A stretch of 53,543 bases of DNA from a virus (IMGVR_UViG_3300042888_002422:1-53543), one strand, 5' to 3'; shown: positions 9,706 to 19,188, counted from the stretch's first letter. Numbers and translations are program-made. Notes: generated from the sequence alone by a model not told the origin.

Positions 9706-10063
9706 CTAATTTTGGTTTTAAAACTTTAATATTATCCAATGTTGTTTGTATTCTCATCTCTGTATTTCTTTTAACAGCTGGAGAAATTGTTTCATCCTCT
9801 AACATCTTTGTATACATAGCCATTTGACTATTATATTTATCCATTTGTTTATTGGCTCTTTTTATATTAAAAGAAAATTTACCAAACCCTGATATTTCAA
9901 TAGAATTACAATAAGCTGTAGCAGCATGAGCTGATTCAAATTGGTGACTAATAACAGCATCAATTGTTTTCTCGGAAACCATTTTAGAAACTAACCTATT
10001 AACAGCTATCTTCTTTATAATAAATTCCTTTATTGTCATACTAGCTGGCTTATTCATGAACAA
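9698..10063 (-). CDS. HU/IHF-like DNA-binding protein
   Basis: SIEISGFGKFSF matches the HU/IHF GFGxF motif; crAss-like phages carry such genes upstream of terL. Confidence 0.7.
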   Translation of the reverse strand: MFMNKPASMTIKEFIIKKIAVNRLVSKMVSEKTIDAVISHQFESAHAATAYCNSIEISGFGKFSFNIKRANKQMDKYNSQMAMYTKMLEDETISPAVKRNTEMRIQTTLDNIKVLKPKLDE

Positions 10064-10394
10064 TAGATATTGCTAATAATACATCCTTATTAAAATCAAG
10101 TGCAATTATTGGGTTTACCTTTATCTTCCCATCCTTCTTAATAAATATACCTATCTTCTTTAACTTAGATATAATATTATTAATCGTAGGAATTGTTGTA
10201 CTATGTTTAACACAAAATTCTTCCTTTAAATGTTTATAAGAAATATTACCATGTACAGCTGTATAAGAAACTAATTGTATCTCTCTTTCTGACATCCCAA
10301 GGGAGTTTATAATCGAGAGTATTGCATAGTATTTCTCTGCAAGGATAAAATTATCTTTAACAGTTTTTTTTAGTTTTTGAATTGTTGCTTCCAT
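10050..10394 (-). CDS. Winged-helix DNA-binding protein
   Basis: SEREIQL...TINNIISKLKKIGIFIK wHTH pattern. Confidence 0.65.
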   Translation of the reverse strand: MEATIQKLKKTVKDNFILAEKYYAILSIINSLGMSEREIQLVSYTAVHGNISYKHLKEEFCVKHSTTIPTINNIISKLKKIGIFIKKDGKIKVNPIIALDFNKDVLLAISIVHE

Positions 10395-10416
10395 AATTTA
10401 GTTTTAAAACACAGGA

Positions 10417-10450
10417 CAAAGATATATAAAAAAAATTAATTAATTACAAA
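10417..10450 (-). promoter_or_regulatory. Bacteroidota-type promoter driving the leftward arm
   Basis: Minus strand -7 element TATCTTTG (10424-10417) with TTTG 22 nt upstream. Confidence 0.6.
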
Positions 10451-10592
10451 TTTTTTTTTTGAAATTTTAATTTCGTTTGTATGAACGTGTGGAAGGATCA
10501 CTTCTATCTCAGACCCCCTGTACAATTTGGCGAGTTTGGGTATCCCCTCAGGCTTTGCTGTTAACAAATACTAATTCTTAAAAATAGAAAAA

Positions 10593-11093
10593 ATGTCAAA
10601 AGAAACTACAACAGCAACTGAAGTTGCTACAGAAATTACATTGGATAACAAAATTATCCTAAAAGGTTTAGAAGATTGCGCAAGAATCATTTGCATAAAC
10701 AATGATAATCCTTACAAGAGCGGTAAACGTAAAGAGGCAGGTAAAACATACTCTTTATTCAGATTGGGAACTATTGTTTTTAATGTTGCTAATGATAGCC
10801 CTTTTGTTGCAGACCATAAAGAAGGCATCTTAACTAAAGTTGAATTAAATAAAACTTTAGTTGATAAGAAATCAATTGATGATGAAGGTAATGAAATTGT
10901 TGAAAAAGTTTCAGGACTTGAACTTGATTATCATTTGACTAACAAGCAAACGAACTCTTTCAAAGACCAATCTATCATTGATGATGAATTTGAATTGAAA
11001 CTTGCAAGAATTGCATTCAAACGTGAAGCATTCAAAAACCTTTCTTCTCAACCAATCACAGACGAGTTCCTTGCTCAATTGCTTAATCAATAA
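10593..11093 (+). CDS. Hypothetical protein, first gene of the rightward arm
   Basis: 166-aa ORF with A-rich leader, followed by hairpin 11102-11129. Confidence 0.8.
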   Translation: MSKETTTATEVATEITLDNKIILKGLEDCARIICINNDNPYKSGKRKEAGKTYSLFRLGTIVFNVANDSPFVADHKEGILTKVELNKTLVDKKSIDDEGNEIVEKVSGLELDYHLTNKQTNSFKDQSIIDDEFELKLARIAFKREAFKNLSSQPITDEFLAQLLNQ

Positions 11094-12139
11094 TACAATA
11101 CTCACGCCTTGTGTAATAACAGGGCGTGATAATATTGTCACATAACGTGATAATATTGTATATATAAGGGTGGGATATATTATGTCTTTGGGTGGGCTAT
11201 AATATGAATTAATTTATACCTATATATATAAGGAGTAAATATGCATAGAAATAACAATATAGGGATAATTGTTGTTTCTGTGTATATCTATTTAGCACTA
11301 TATATATAATAAGGAGAATAATGAATATTTATTCTTTCTTCTGGTAGGGGGTAAAAGTATAATAATTAATAATTATAACGACTAAGTGTATGTTATTATC
11401 GATGAAATACATTAGTTAGTGTAAAGTTAGTATACATTTATATAATTTGTTATGTAAATGTGTGAATGAAATAGTAGCAGTGGATACCTCAACTGCAAAC
11501 AAAAGGTATAAAAACAACGTAAAAAACAAAAAAACAACTAATACATATAGCATTATGAAGAAATTTATCAGTCAAACACCAACAGATAGTAATGGTGATT
11601 ATACTATCACATACATTGATAACAATGATGTTCTTATTACTAGGAATATGAATCTATTTAATATATAACTATTATGGATGAAGAATATGATTGGGAGAGT
11701 GATGAAGATATATTCATTCCCAATATAGGAGATAAATAATAAATTCTTTTAAATGTTACTTTATACTTTAGTAATTAAAGATAAATAAGATACACCTAAA
11801 ATTGATACATTATTGCAATGTATGATACTAATAGGTCACTATACTTATTAAGCTTGTGAAAAAGTAAGTAATATATAATACAATTACTTGATAGCACTAG
11901 ATAGTAATGGTTGAATATATGTGCAAATGAGTAATCTCAGCTCATAATAATAAATGAGAATAATAAAAAACTTAACTTTTTCCAAAATGTTGAGGACACC
12001 AGTTTCTTTGATGAAAAACACTCTAACTAAATAAGCAATGCTTTGATGTTAGTTTGAATCCTAGGTCTAAAGGGTAACCTATATCAAAGTTTTAGGTGTA
12101 AAACACAAACAAATTATTAACTGACTAAATAACAAAATT

Positions 12140-12430
12140 ATGAATGATGTTCAAAAAACAACAATGTTAAATTTTATTGAAGATAATTTAGATAATAATG
12201 CTAAAAGAGCATATTTAAAGTTATTACAATATGATGTTGATTCTCAAATAAGAGAAAATGCTATTAGGTTTCAATTTAACATACCTTCAATAATCATACA
12301 AGATGATGTAGTAAAATTGTTTGAGCAATTAAATGCTCAATATATTACTTGTAGTATTGAATTGAATTATGGTAATACAGGTGTAACAATGTTTTGTTAT
12401 AACTTTGGTGTAAAACACAAAATCAATTAA
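12140..12430 (+). CDS. Hypothetical early protein
   Basis: ORF with AAAATT leader. Confidence 0.7.
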   Translation: MNDVQKTTMLNFIEDNLDNNAKRAYLKLLQYDVDSQIRENAIRFQFNIPSIIIQDDVVKLFEQLNAQYITCSIELNYGNTGVTMFCYNFGVKHKIN

Positions 12431-12441
12431 AAATAAACAAT

Positions 12442-12735
12442 ATGAGACATATTAGAATCAATAAACTACTTAGATATGGTGATGACTTATCAGTAGAAAT
12501 AATTAGTGATTTATTAGGGCAACAAGTTAGTTCTAATGATAAATTAGTTCTTAGTAAAGATATTACAGATTATCTTACTATGCCTACAGAAGATTTATTA
12601 GATATGAAAGATTATATTCATAGAATATTAAATGAAAGACTTGCTAAGGCTAAAGAAGATTATCTATTATTAGATGAAAAGATAAATACTCCTGATTTAT
12701 TTAGATTAGAAAGTAAAGAACTAATAGGCTCTTAA
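12442..12735 (+). CDS. Hypothetical early protein
   Basis: ORF followed by a terminator-like hairpin. Confidence 0.7.
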   Translation: MRHIRINKLLRYGDDLSVEIISDLLGQQVSSNDKLVLSKDITDYLTMPTEDLLDMKDYIHRILNERLAKAKEDYLLLDEKINTPDLFRLESKELIGS

Positions 12736-12746
12736 TTGAGCCTTTT
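12726..12746 (+). terminator. Rho-independent terminator-like hairpin
   Basis: AGGCTC-TTAATT-GAGCCT-TTT. Confidence 0.55.
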
Positions 12747-12828
12747 AAAAACATACAACATTATGAAAATATTATTCTGGATATGTGTTATCCTTATTAT
12801 TATTAACGCTTTAATTACTGATTAAATT

Positions 12829-13116
12829 ATGAAACATATTTTAAATAATGCACCGCTGTATTATCCAAGTGCAAAAGAATGGATGTGGAATTATTGTATA
12901 TATCTTGGACCATTTACTAATAGTAGAGGAAACAATTATGACCTTGGTATTTATATCAATCATGATAGTATATTTGAATACAGTAATGCTACAGTATATG
13001 GTAATGAACCAGGACAATATTCATCAGGTGTAATATATCCAATGATTGATTTTGATAATGAAATATCACAAGAAGTATTACGTAGAGCAAAAGAATTAAA
13101 TTTAATTAAATTATGA
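12829..13116 (+). CDS. Hypothetical protein
   Basis: 95-aa ORF. Confidence 0.7.
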   Translation: MKHILNNAPLYYPSAKEWMWNYCIYLGPFTNSRGNNYDLGIYINHDSIFEYSNATVYGNEPGQYSSGVIYPMIDFDNEISQEVLRRAKELNLIKL

Positions 13117-13411
13117 TAACAGTTCTTTTAATAATAGTAATATATTGCTCTATAAATTATATAGAAGCATTAGTATTTGATGCAATTAATAAAGATAATG
13201 ATCACCAAGGACTCAGATTTACACTTTCTTTACTAGTTAGTGCGTTAATTGGTTTGATTTATTATTTAAACATTTAATATAGCATTAAACAGTCATCAGC
13301 CCTTTGTGAATAGGTAATATTCTTTTGGTTCCACGTAAATGATGTCTAAATTCAATGGTGGTGTAGAATTTTATTACAATTGCTTTTCACTAACTACGAA
13401 AGCACAACTTT

Positions 13412-13446
13412 AAGCATTTCTTCTTTAATTAGAAGGAATGCTTTTT
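13412..13446 (+). terminator. Rho-independent terminator
   Basis: AAGCATTTCTTCT-TTAATT-AGAAGGAATGCTT-TTT. Confidence 0.7.
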
Positions 13447-13477
13447 ATATTTAAACAATAACTAAAACATAGAACAC

Positions 13478-13669
13478 ATGGTAAATACAGAAAACAATTT
13501 TAAAAGATTAGAAGAAATGGTGCTTGTTATGTATAACATATCACCTGAATTTGGAACAACAGAACAATTATCATTAGCTCTTGAAGCTATTATTGAAGAA
13601 GATGAGTATTTAATTAAATTAGATACAAAGAAAAGAACTATTAATTGGGATGATTTAATAACATTATGA
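13478..13669 (+). CDS. Hypothetical protein
   Basis: 63-aa ORF; the TAGAACACAT motif overlaps its start. Confidence 0.65.
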   Translation: MVNTENNFKRLEEMVLVMYNISPEFGTTEQLSLALEAIIEEDEYLIKLDTKKRTINWDDLITL

Positions 13670-13962
13670 GAAATTTCTTAATTATATTATTAGTAATGCA
13701 AATATTATTAATAATTGTAGGTGTGTGGCAAATTACACAAGGTAAAATAGGTGTGGGATTATACAATATTATACTAAATTTTATGTTTGGTTTGTTTAAT
13801 TTAAAAACTATTAAAAAATCTTAATAGATGATAACATTATGTGTTATGCTCAATTTTAAGGGCACAAAAAAAGAATATTGCCAGGCATTATTAATATGCT
13901 TGGCTTTAGATATGTGTTATATAGTACCAATAATGTGTTAATTAATAAATAAATAAATAATT

Positions 13963-14820
13963 ATGAAAATAGATTATACAGTTAAAGGAACAAAGCTTCC
14001 TATTATACCTGAAGGTACAGAATACAGAGTTAGTATTTGGAACTATGACGATAAATCTAGTCAACTTTGTAAAACTAAAAATCATTTTATATCATTTGGT
14101 TGGAATCATTATAAAGGATATACATATATACTTTGTGAAAAACCAGAATTTGAAGGTAAAGACTATTACATGGTAAAACTATCAGACATTGAGAAACTAA
14201 CAGAAACAAAACAAGAAGAAACAATGAAAACAATTACATACATTGATGCTCAAAGAATAGTAGACATTGCTTGTTCTACATGGAAAGCTTTATTATTTAA
14301 TAGTTGGGGTAAAAATATTGTCTTAAAAAAAGACATTAATATACCTTCAGAAAACTATCAAAATATGAGAAAAGCTTGTACATCTGTACAACATAAACTT
14401 TTTGATGAGATATTTGGAGAAGATACACCTCAGTTTAAAATAGGTGATTGGGTGTATATTATTAAAGCTTCAAAGGGTGCATTAATTGCTGAATCTTCTG
14501 TAGGTCAAATAACTGAACAACCAAGTAGTAATGGTTTATTTAATTATGAAGATGGTATACACGTAAGCATTGATTTAAAAGTTTGGAATATAGGTTTAAA
14601 TTCAAAATTAAGACTAGCAACAGAAGAAGAAATTAAAGCTGCTAATGTATTTCCTGATGGAACACCTTGCTTAGTTAAAGATTACACTACTTCATCATGG
14701 TATCTTCAATATGCTGATGGTAAAGGAAGTTTTTATAGTAGCGGTAGAAAATATGGAGCTACTATAAATCGGATATACTCAATGAAACTAGATATTGATA
14801 ACTTACCTGTAAATGAATAA
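13963..14820 (+). CDS. Modular hypothetical protein
   Basis: Internal MKTITY restart-like junction; FKIGDWV...LRLATEEEIK module shared with 15932..17878. Confidence 0.75.
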   Translation: MKIDYTVKGTKLPIIPEGTEYRVSIWNYDDKSSQLCKTKNHFISFGWNHYKGYTYILCEKPEFEGKDYYMVKLSDIEKLTETKQEETMKTITYIDAQRIVDIACSTWKALLFNSWGKNIVLKKDINIPSENYQNMRKACTSVQHKLFDEIFGEDTPQFKIGDWVYIIKASKGALIAESSVGQITEQPSSNGLFNYEDGIHVSIDLKVWNIGLNSKLRLATEEEIKAANVFPDGTPCLVKDYTTSSWYLQYADGKGSFYSSGRKYGATINRIYSMKLDIDNLPVNE

Positions 14821-14970
14821 TATCATGAAAGAACATATAAAACTGTTAGAGGAACAAAATCAAATTTTAAAAGATTTAAATGATGTAAATAATAAACTTA
14901 TGGACACATTAAAATCAAAATCATTAATACAAGAACAAATAATTGTATTATTAAAACAAAGATTAAAATT

Positions 14971-15201
14971 ATGCATATAGTAAATGGTAGATGGGTTGAT
15001 AATTATAGCAACCCAATAGATGAACGTAGTTGTTCACAATTAATAGAGCTTGGTAAAAAAGTACAATCTATATATGGTAAAAATATATCATATGATAGAA
15101 TAATATTAATAAATCAATTAAATGGTCTTGGAGAAACAGATGAACGTGTTATTTCAAAAATAATTGATGAAGGACATTTAAATAAACTTATTAGTCTTTA
15201 G
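14971..15201 (+). CDS. Hypothetical protein
   Basis: 76-aa ORF. Confidence 0.65.
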   Translation: MHIVNGRWVDNYSNPIDERSCSQLIELGKKVQSIYGKNISYDRIILINQLNGLGETDERVISKIIDEGHLNKLISL

Positions 15202-15324
15202 CTCAAAGCTTGCTCAAAGCTCCTAAAAAATTAATTAACAATCAATAACAATTAACTAATTGCTTACAAATTATAACTAAATAACTAAAAATGGTTATAA
15301 TTTGTAAGCTTAAACTCAAAACTT

Positions 15325-15495
15325 ATGCTTTTATATTGCTTTATTACCTATTTAATATGTCTTGGTATTTTAATAGATGAACATGATCATTTAGATGAAT
15401 GGTCTTCTCATGATATTATATGTTTTATTCTTTCACCATTTATTGTTCCTATTATTACAGGAATGGCAATTAATAGTAGAAAAAATTATGAATGA
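15325..15495 (+). CDS. Small two-TM membrane protein (absent from the ORF track)
   Basis: MLLYCFITYLICLGILID...IICFILSPFIVPIITGMAINSRKNYE, 56 aa. Confidence 0.6.
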   Translation: MLLYCFITYLICLGILIDEHDHLDEWSSHDIICFILSPFIVPIITGMAINSRKNYE

Positions 15496-15768
15496 TAAAA
15501 TTAAAAGACCAAGAATACCAGCTAGAATTGTAGTTGGACAAGTTGTAGCTTCAACAAATTATAAACAATATAGTTGTTGTAGAGCTCTTACAATATTACA
15601 GAGATATAATTCTCTTACATATGAAAGAATTGCTAGATATGTTAAACACGATAATTAAAATTATGGAATATTTTATAATTTATGGAATTGGGTTTCTTTT
15701 AGGATGCCTTTGTACAGCAAGTGCTGAAATGATGATTGAAAAAGTTAAATTAACAAAAAAGAAAAAAA

Positions 15769-15945
15769 ATGAAAAAACTTTTTAAAGGTATATTATTATA
15801 TATGTACTTATTATTATTATTATTATTATTGAATTCTTGTTCTTCTCAATGTAGTAGAACAAAAAGATATTGGGGTAATCATCGTTGTGTTGAGGTTGTA
15901 AAACCTCAGCATAACATAACAAATAAACAATATGAGAAAGTTTAG
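15769..15945 (+). CDS. Small putative lipoprotein (absent from the ORF track)
   Basis: MKKLFKGILLYMYLLLLLLLLNSC: basic N-terminus, hydrophobic stretch, lipobox-like LNSC. Confidence 0.55.
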   Translation: MKKLFKGILLYMYLLLLLLLLNSCSSQCSRTKRYWGNHRCVEVVKPQHNITNKQYEKV

Positions 15946-17878
15946 ATTTAAAACTGAACAAGAGTTTAGAGCTTGTGGAGAGTGGAAAAACAATTGTCCA
16001 GAATATTGGGGATTTGAAATGCTTAAATATTTAGGAAAAGATCTTCCGGATGAATTTACACAAAAATGTATTAATAAAGAAAAATTTTATTATGAATCAT
16101 GGAGTATTAGACCAGAAGAATATATTGAAACTATTGTAGAATCTAGATTAAATAAAAATTTATTAATTAGTGTTAAAGAAGAACAAGTTAAAGATGTTTT
16201 AGAAAAAATAAAATCTTTAGGTAATGAAATTGAATTAAATGCTTTTACCTATACATCAACGTGGTGTTATATTGGTTATGATACTAGAAATGAATATTGG
16301 TGTATAGTAAGAAAAAATAAAGATTTTTATGGTGATGGTGCAAGTAAAACATTTGATGAAATAACATTTACAGAATTTATGGGTAAAAGTGCATTATTAA
16401 AAGAATTTCCTAAAGAAGGATGTGTTACATTAAATGCATTTTATGATGTTGATAATAGAGTTAGTAAATATTTACAAAAAACTAGAGAATCTACAACAAA
16501 ATCATCAAAAGATGTTTTATTAGCATGGAATGATAATTCTTATTGGTATTGTCAGTCTTCTGGTAAACCTCATTATGCTTTTTGTGAAATAGAACATTTT
16601 CTTAAAGAGCCTGTTAAATCAATAGATTACCCAGAATATTATGAATTTATTGGTAATAATTCTGATTTTACAACAGGTAAAATTTACAAAATAATTAATC
16701 CAAAAAATTTAGAACAACCTGAAAATTTTATAGATGATACAGGTACAGAAAATGGATTTTCTGGTATAAATTGTGAAAAATTTAGAATTTCTACATTAGA
16801 AGCATGGGAAGATCAGGAAAATAATGTAAAATATGTTAAATGTATTAAAGGTGATAATAGTGAATTTCATAATAAAGTAGATAAAATTTATTTAGTTGAC
16901 TCATATGATAAGAAAAAAGAATTACTTACATTAGTAGGTTATTCTAACATTATACTATCTATTAATATAGATAAACCTACTCATTATAATGTTACTGATT
17001 ATACTCGTGCTACTAAAAAAGAGTTTGATATGCAAGAATTAGAAAAAAGTGTTGTTAAAGATATTACTACTATGTATGTTAAAGTGATAGATAAAGGTGA
17101 AGCTTACACAACATATCCAAATGCTAATACATTATTTAGTTTAACTAATTATGATAAAGGACAATCACCTGTAAACAATGCAGTGTATAAAGTTGTAAGA
17201 ACATGTAATATTAATGGTACAGATGGTTATATTATAGAAAAAAATGGTAAACAATATCTTATAGGTCAAAAAGGTTGTACACCTTCTAGTTCTGTAGGTT
17301 ATTATGTTGATATTGCAATAGAAGAAACAACTAAAAGACCATTTAAAAAAGGTGATTGGGTTATTATTACAACTAAAGGTGCCAGTAATGTTAATGCTGC
17401 TATGATAGAAATTGATGGAAAATGTGTAATTTTGCCAGAAAATGATGATAAATATTATACAATGCCTGGAATGACTAAAAGTTGTTCTTGGAATTCCGGA
17501 GCAAGGCATTATAGACATGCTACTGAAGATGAAATTAAAGAAGCAATTAAAGAAGCATCAAGTAAATTAAGAGTATATCCATCAATTGAAACATATATGC
17601 CTGAAATTCAAGTGGGAGATATTGTAGAAGGTACAAGTAAAGATATGTATGCAATTACATGTAAAGGATGGGTGGGTAAAGTGCTTTCTGTTCATAATAG
17701 TGTATTAATAGTAAAAGCATTAGAAGATAATGATAAAGAATATACAGTGGACCCTAAGTATTTTAAAAAAATAGGAATATATATTCCAGAAGAAAAATTA
17801 AGCACAGAATCTATTATAATTAAAAAAAAGGTAAAATTGCTTCCTTTAATAGCAGTTAAAAAAAGAACAATAATCTAA
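15932..17878 (+). CDS. Large mosaic hypothetical protein
   Basis: 648 aa of short beta-rich modules ending in RxAT/ST-x-E-type motifs. Confidence 0.8.
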   Translation: MRKFRFKTEQEFRACGEWKNNCPEYWGFEMLKYLGKDLPDEFTQKCINKEKFYYESWSIRPEEYIETIVESRLNKNLLISVKEEQVKDVLEKIKSLGNEIELNAFTYTSTWCYIGYDTRNEYWCIVRKNKDFYGDGASKTFDEITFTEFMGKSALLKEFPKEGCVTLNAFYDVDNRVSKYLQKTRESTTKSSKDVLLAWNDNSYWYCQSSGKPHYAFCEIEHFLKEPVKSIDYPEYYEFIGNNSDFTTGKIYKIINPKNLEQPENFIDDTGTENGFSGINCEKFRISTLEAWEDQENNVKYVKCIKGDNSEFHNKVDKIYLVDSYDKKKELLTLVGYSNIILSINIDKPTHYNVTDYTRATKKEFDMQELEKSVVKDITTMYVKVIDKGEAYTTYPNANTLFSLTNYDKGQSPVNNAVYKVVRTCNINGTDGYIIEKNGKQYLIGQKGCTPSSSVGYYVDIAIEETTKRPFKKGDWVIITTKGASNVNAAMIEIDGKCVILPENDDKYYTMPGMTKSCSWNSGARHYRHATEDEIKEAIKEASSKLRVYPSIETYMPEIQVGDIVEGTSKDMYAITCKGWVGKVLSVHNSVLIVKALEDNDKEYTVDPKYFKKIGIYIPEEKLSTESIIIKKKVKLLPLIAVKKRTII

Positions 17879-17891
17879 AAAAATTAAAATT

Positions 17892-18359
17892 ATGTCAACA
17901 GTTAAATCAACAACAACAGGAGTTTCAAAAAGTGAATTTTCAATCGTTAGAGCAATCAGTGCTTTATTTAAATTAGGTAATGATGGTAAGTTAGATTCTT
18001 TTGTTAATAGAGTAGTTAAAACTCTTAATAAAGAAGTATTAACACACAAAAAGAATTTAGATACTATGAAATTTAATCATGAGCAAAAACTTGATAGTTT
18101 AGCAGATCAATTAGAAGATGCTAATGAAGCTTTAGCTGCATCTTATTTAAATATTGCAGTTGAACAAATTGATAATAATGAAAAACAAACAAGATTTGTA
18201 GATGTATATTTACAAAACATTGATGACCATTTAATGGCTGTTAAAACCATTGAAAAAAGAATTGAAGGAATTAAAAAAGATTATATCGGAGAAACTCAAG
18301 AAGTTCAAGATGATATTGATAGTCTTAACAAAAGAATTGCAATTATTGCAAAACAATAA
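17892..18359 (+). CDS. Coiled-coil hypothetical protein
   Basis: 155 aa with heptad pattern. Confidence 0.8.
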   Translation: MSTVKSTTTGVSKSEFSIVRAISALFKLGNDGKLDSFVNRVVKTLNKEVLTHKKNLDTMKFNHEQKLDSLADQLEDANEALAASYLNIAVEQIDNNEKQTRFVDVYLQNIDDHLMAVKTIEKRIEGIKKDYIGETQEVQDDIDSLNKRIAIIAKQ

Positions 18360-18368
18360 ATTAAATAC

Positions 18369-18950
18369 TATTCCCTCATATAAGATTCTGTGCTAGAATT
18401 AGTGAGGGAATATATTTTAGTGGTCCTACATCCACACACATTAAACTTGTAGGATTGGTCTCTGATGTTAGGGAACACTTGTGAGTTGCAATGAATAAAC
18501 TTTCAAACAGGCATAAACATTGAAAGCCTTTGTAAATAGATTAATACATCAGTGAAACTCTGTATAAATGTTAAATATTTACATAAATGATACTAATTCT
18601 GAATTGACAGGATGTTGGGTGATACATTGTCCGCAGTGTATTGCCATAAATGGAGTAATCCTAGATGTATAGATTCATGTGAGATATGAATAACGAATTG
18701 ATTTAAGTTTAATCTCCTATATGGCGTACTTAACTATACAAATGAGTTCTCAGCAAGTAGTTTAGAGTAATTGGTGGTAAACAACTAATGAAAGTCCTTT
18801 TTAGTACAACTACGTGACCCTACTCTTATTAAGTATCAATTGAAACATTAGAAACTTTGATAGAATATAAGAAAGGGTGCTAATACACTAACAACAAGAT
18901 TTTGTTAGCTTATATTCCGCTAAATGATAAGTGCTCGTACATGCGAGATT
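18369..18950 (+). ncRNA. Candidate large structured non-coding RNA (~590 nt)
   Basis: No ORF of 60 aa or more; more than 12 helices visible including nested long-range pairings and G-U pairs on the + strand; strand inferred from the flanking genes. Confidence 0.65.
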
Positions 18951-18991
18951 TTTAAACATAGAACACATAGAAACATTTAAAACACAGAAAT

Positions 18992-19138
18992 ATGAAAACA
19001 ATTAGCATGTCACCAACAACTTTTTATTTATTTAAACAAAAAGCAAATGAAATCAGACTATGGTTTGATTATAAAATAACCAAAGGTATTGTATTTGTAC
19101 AAGCCGATGAACAAGCATTAGAAGAATTAGGTTATTAA
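18992..19138 (+). CDS. Small hypothetical protein (48 aa)
   Basis: MKTISMSPTTFYLF...ALEELGY, followed by a terminator. Confidence 0.6.
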   Translation: MKTISMSPTTFYLFKQKANEIRLWFDYKITKGIVFVQADEQALEELGY

Positions 19139-19148
19139 TTTCTGAATT

Positions 19149-19171
19149 AGCCCTAGAAATAGGGCTTTTTT
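19149..19171 (+). terminator. Rho-independent terminator
   Basis: AGCCCTA-GAAA-TAGGGCT-TTTTT. Confidence 0.8.
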
Positions 19172-19188
19172 ATTTAAAATTTAAATAT

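Noticed and set aside
11100-12130. CRISPR array or iteron array
   Set aside because: Repeats are short, few and irregularly spaced
15395-15487. N-terminal extension of the 87-aa ORF
   Set aside because: Overlaps the better 15325-15495 ORF; the likely start is ATG at 15488 (MNDKIKRPR)
18790-18915. RNase P RNA suggested by GAAAGTCC
   Set aside because: Lacks the preceding GAG and the matching 3' ACAGAA...GGCTTA half of P4
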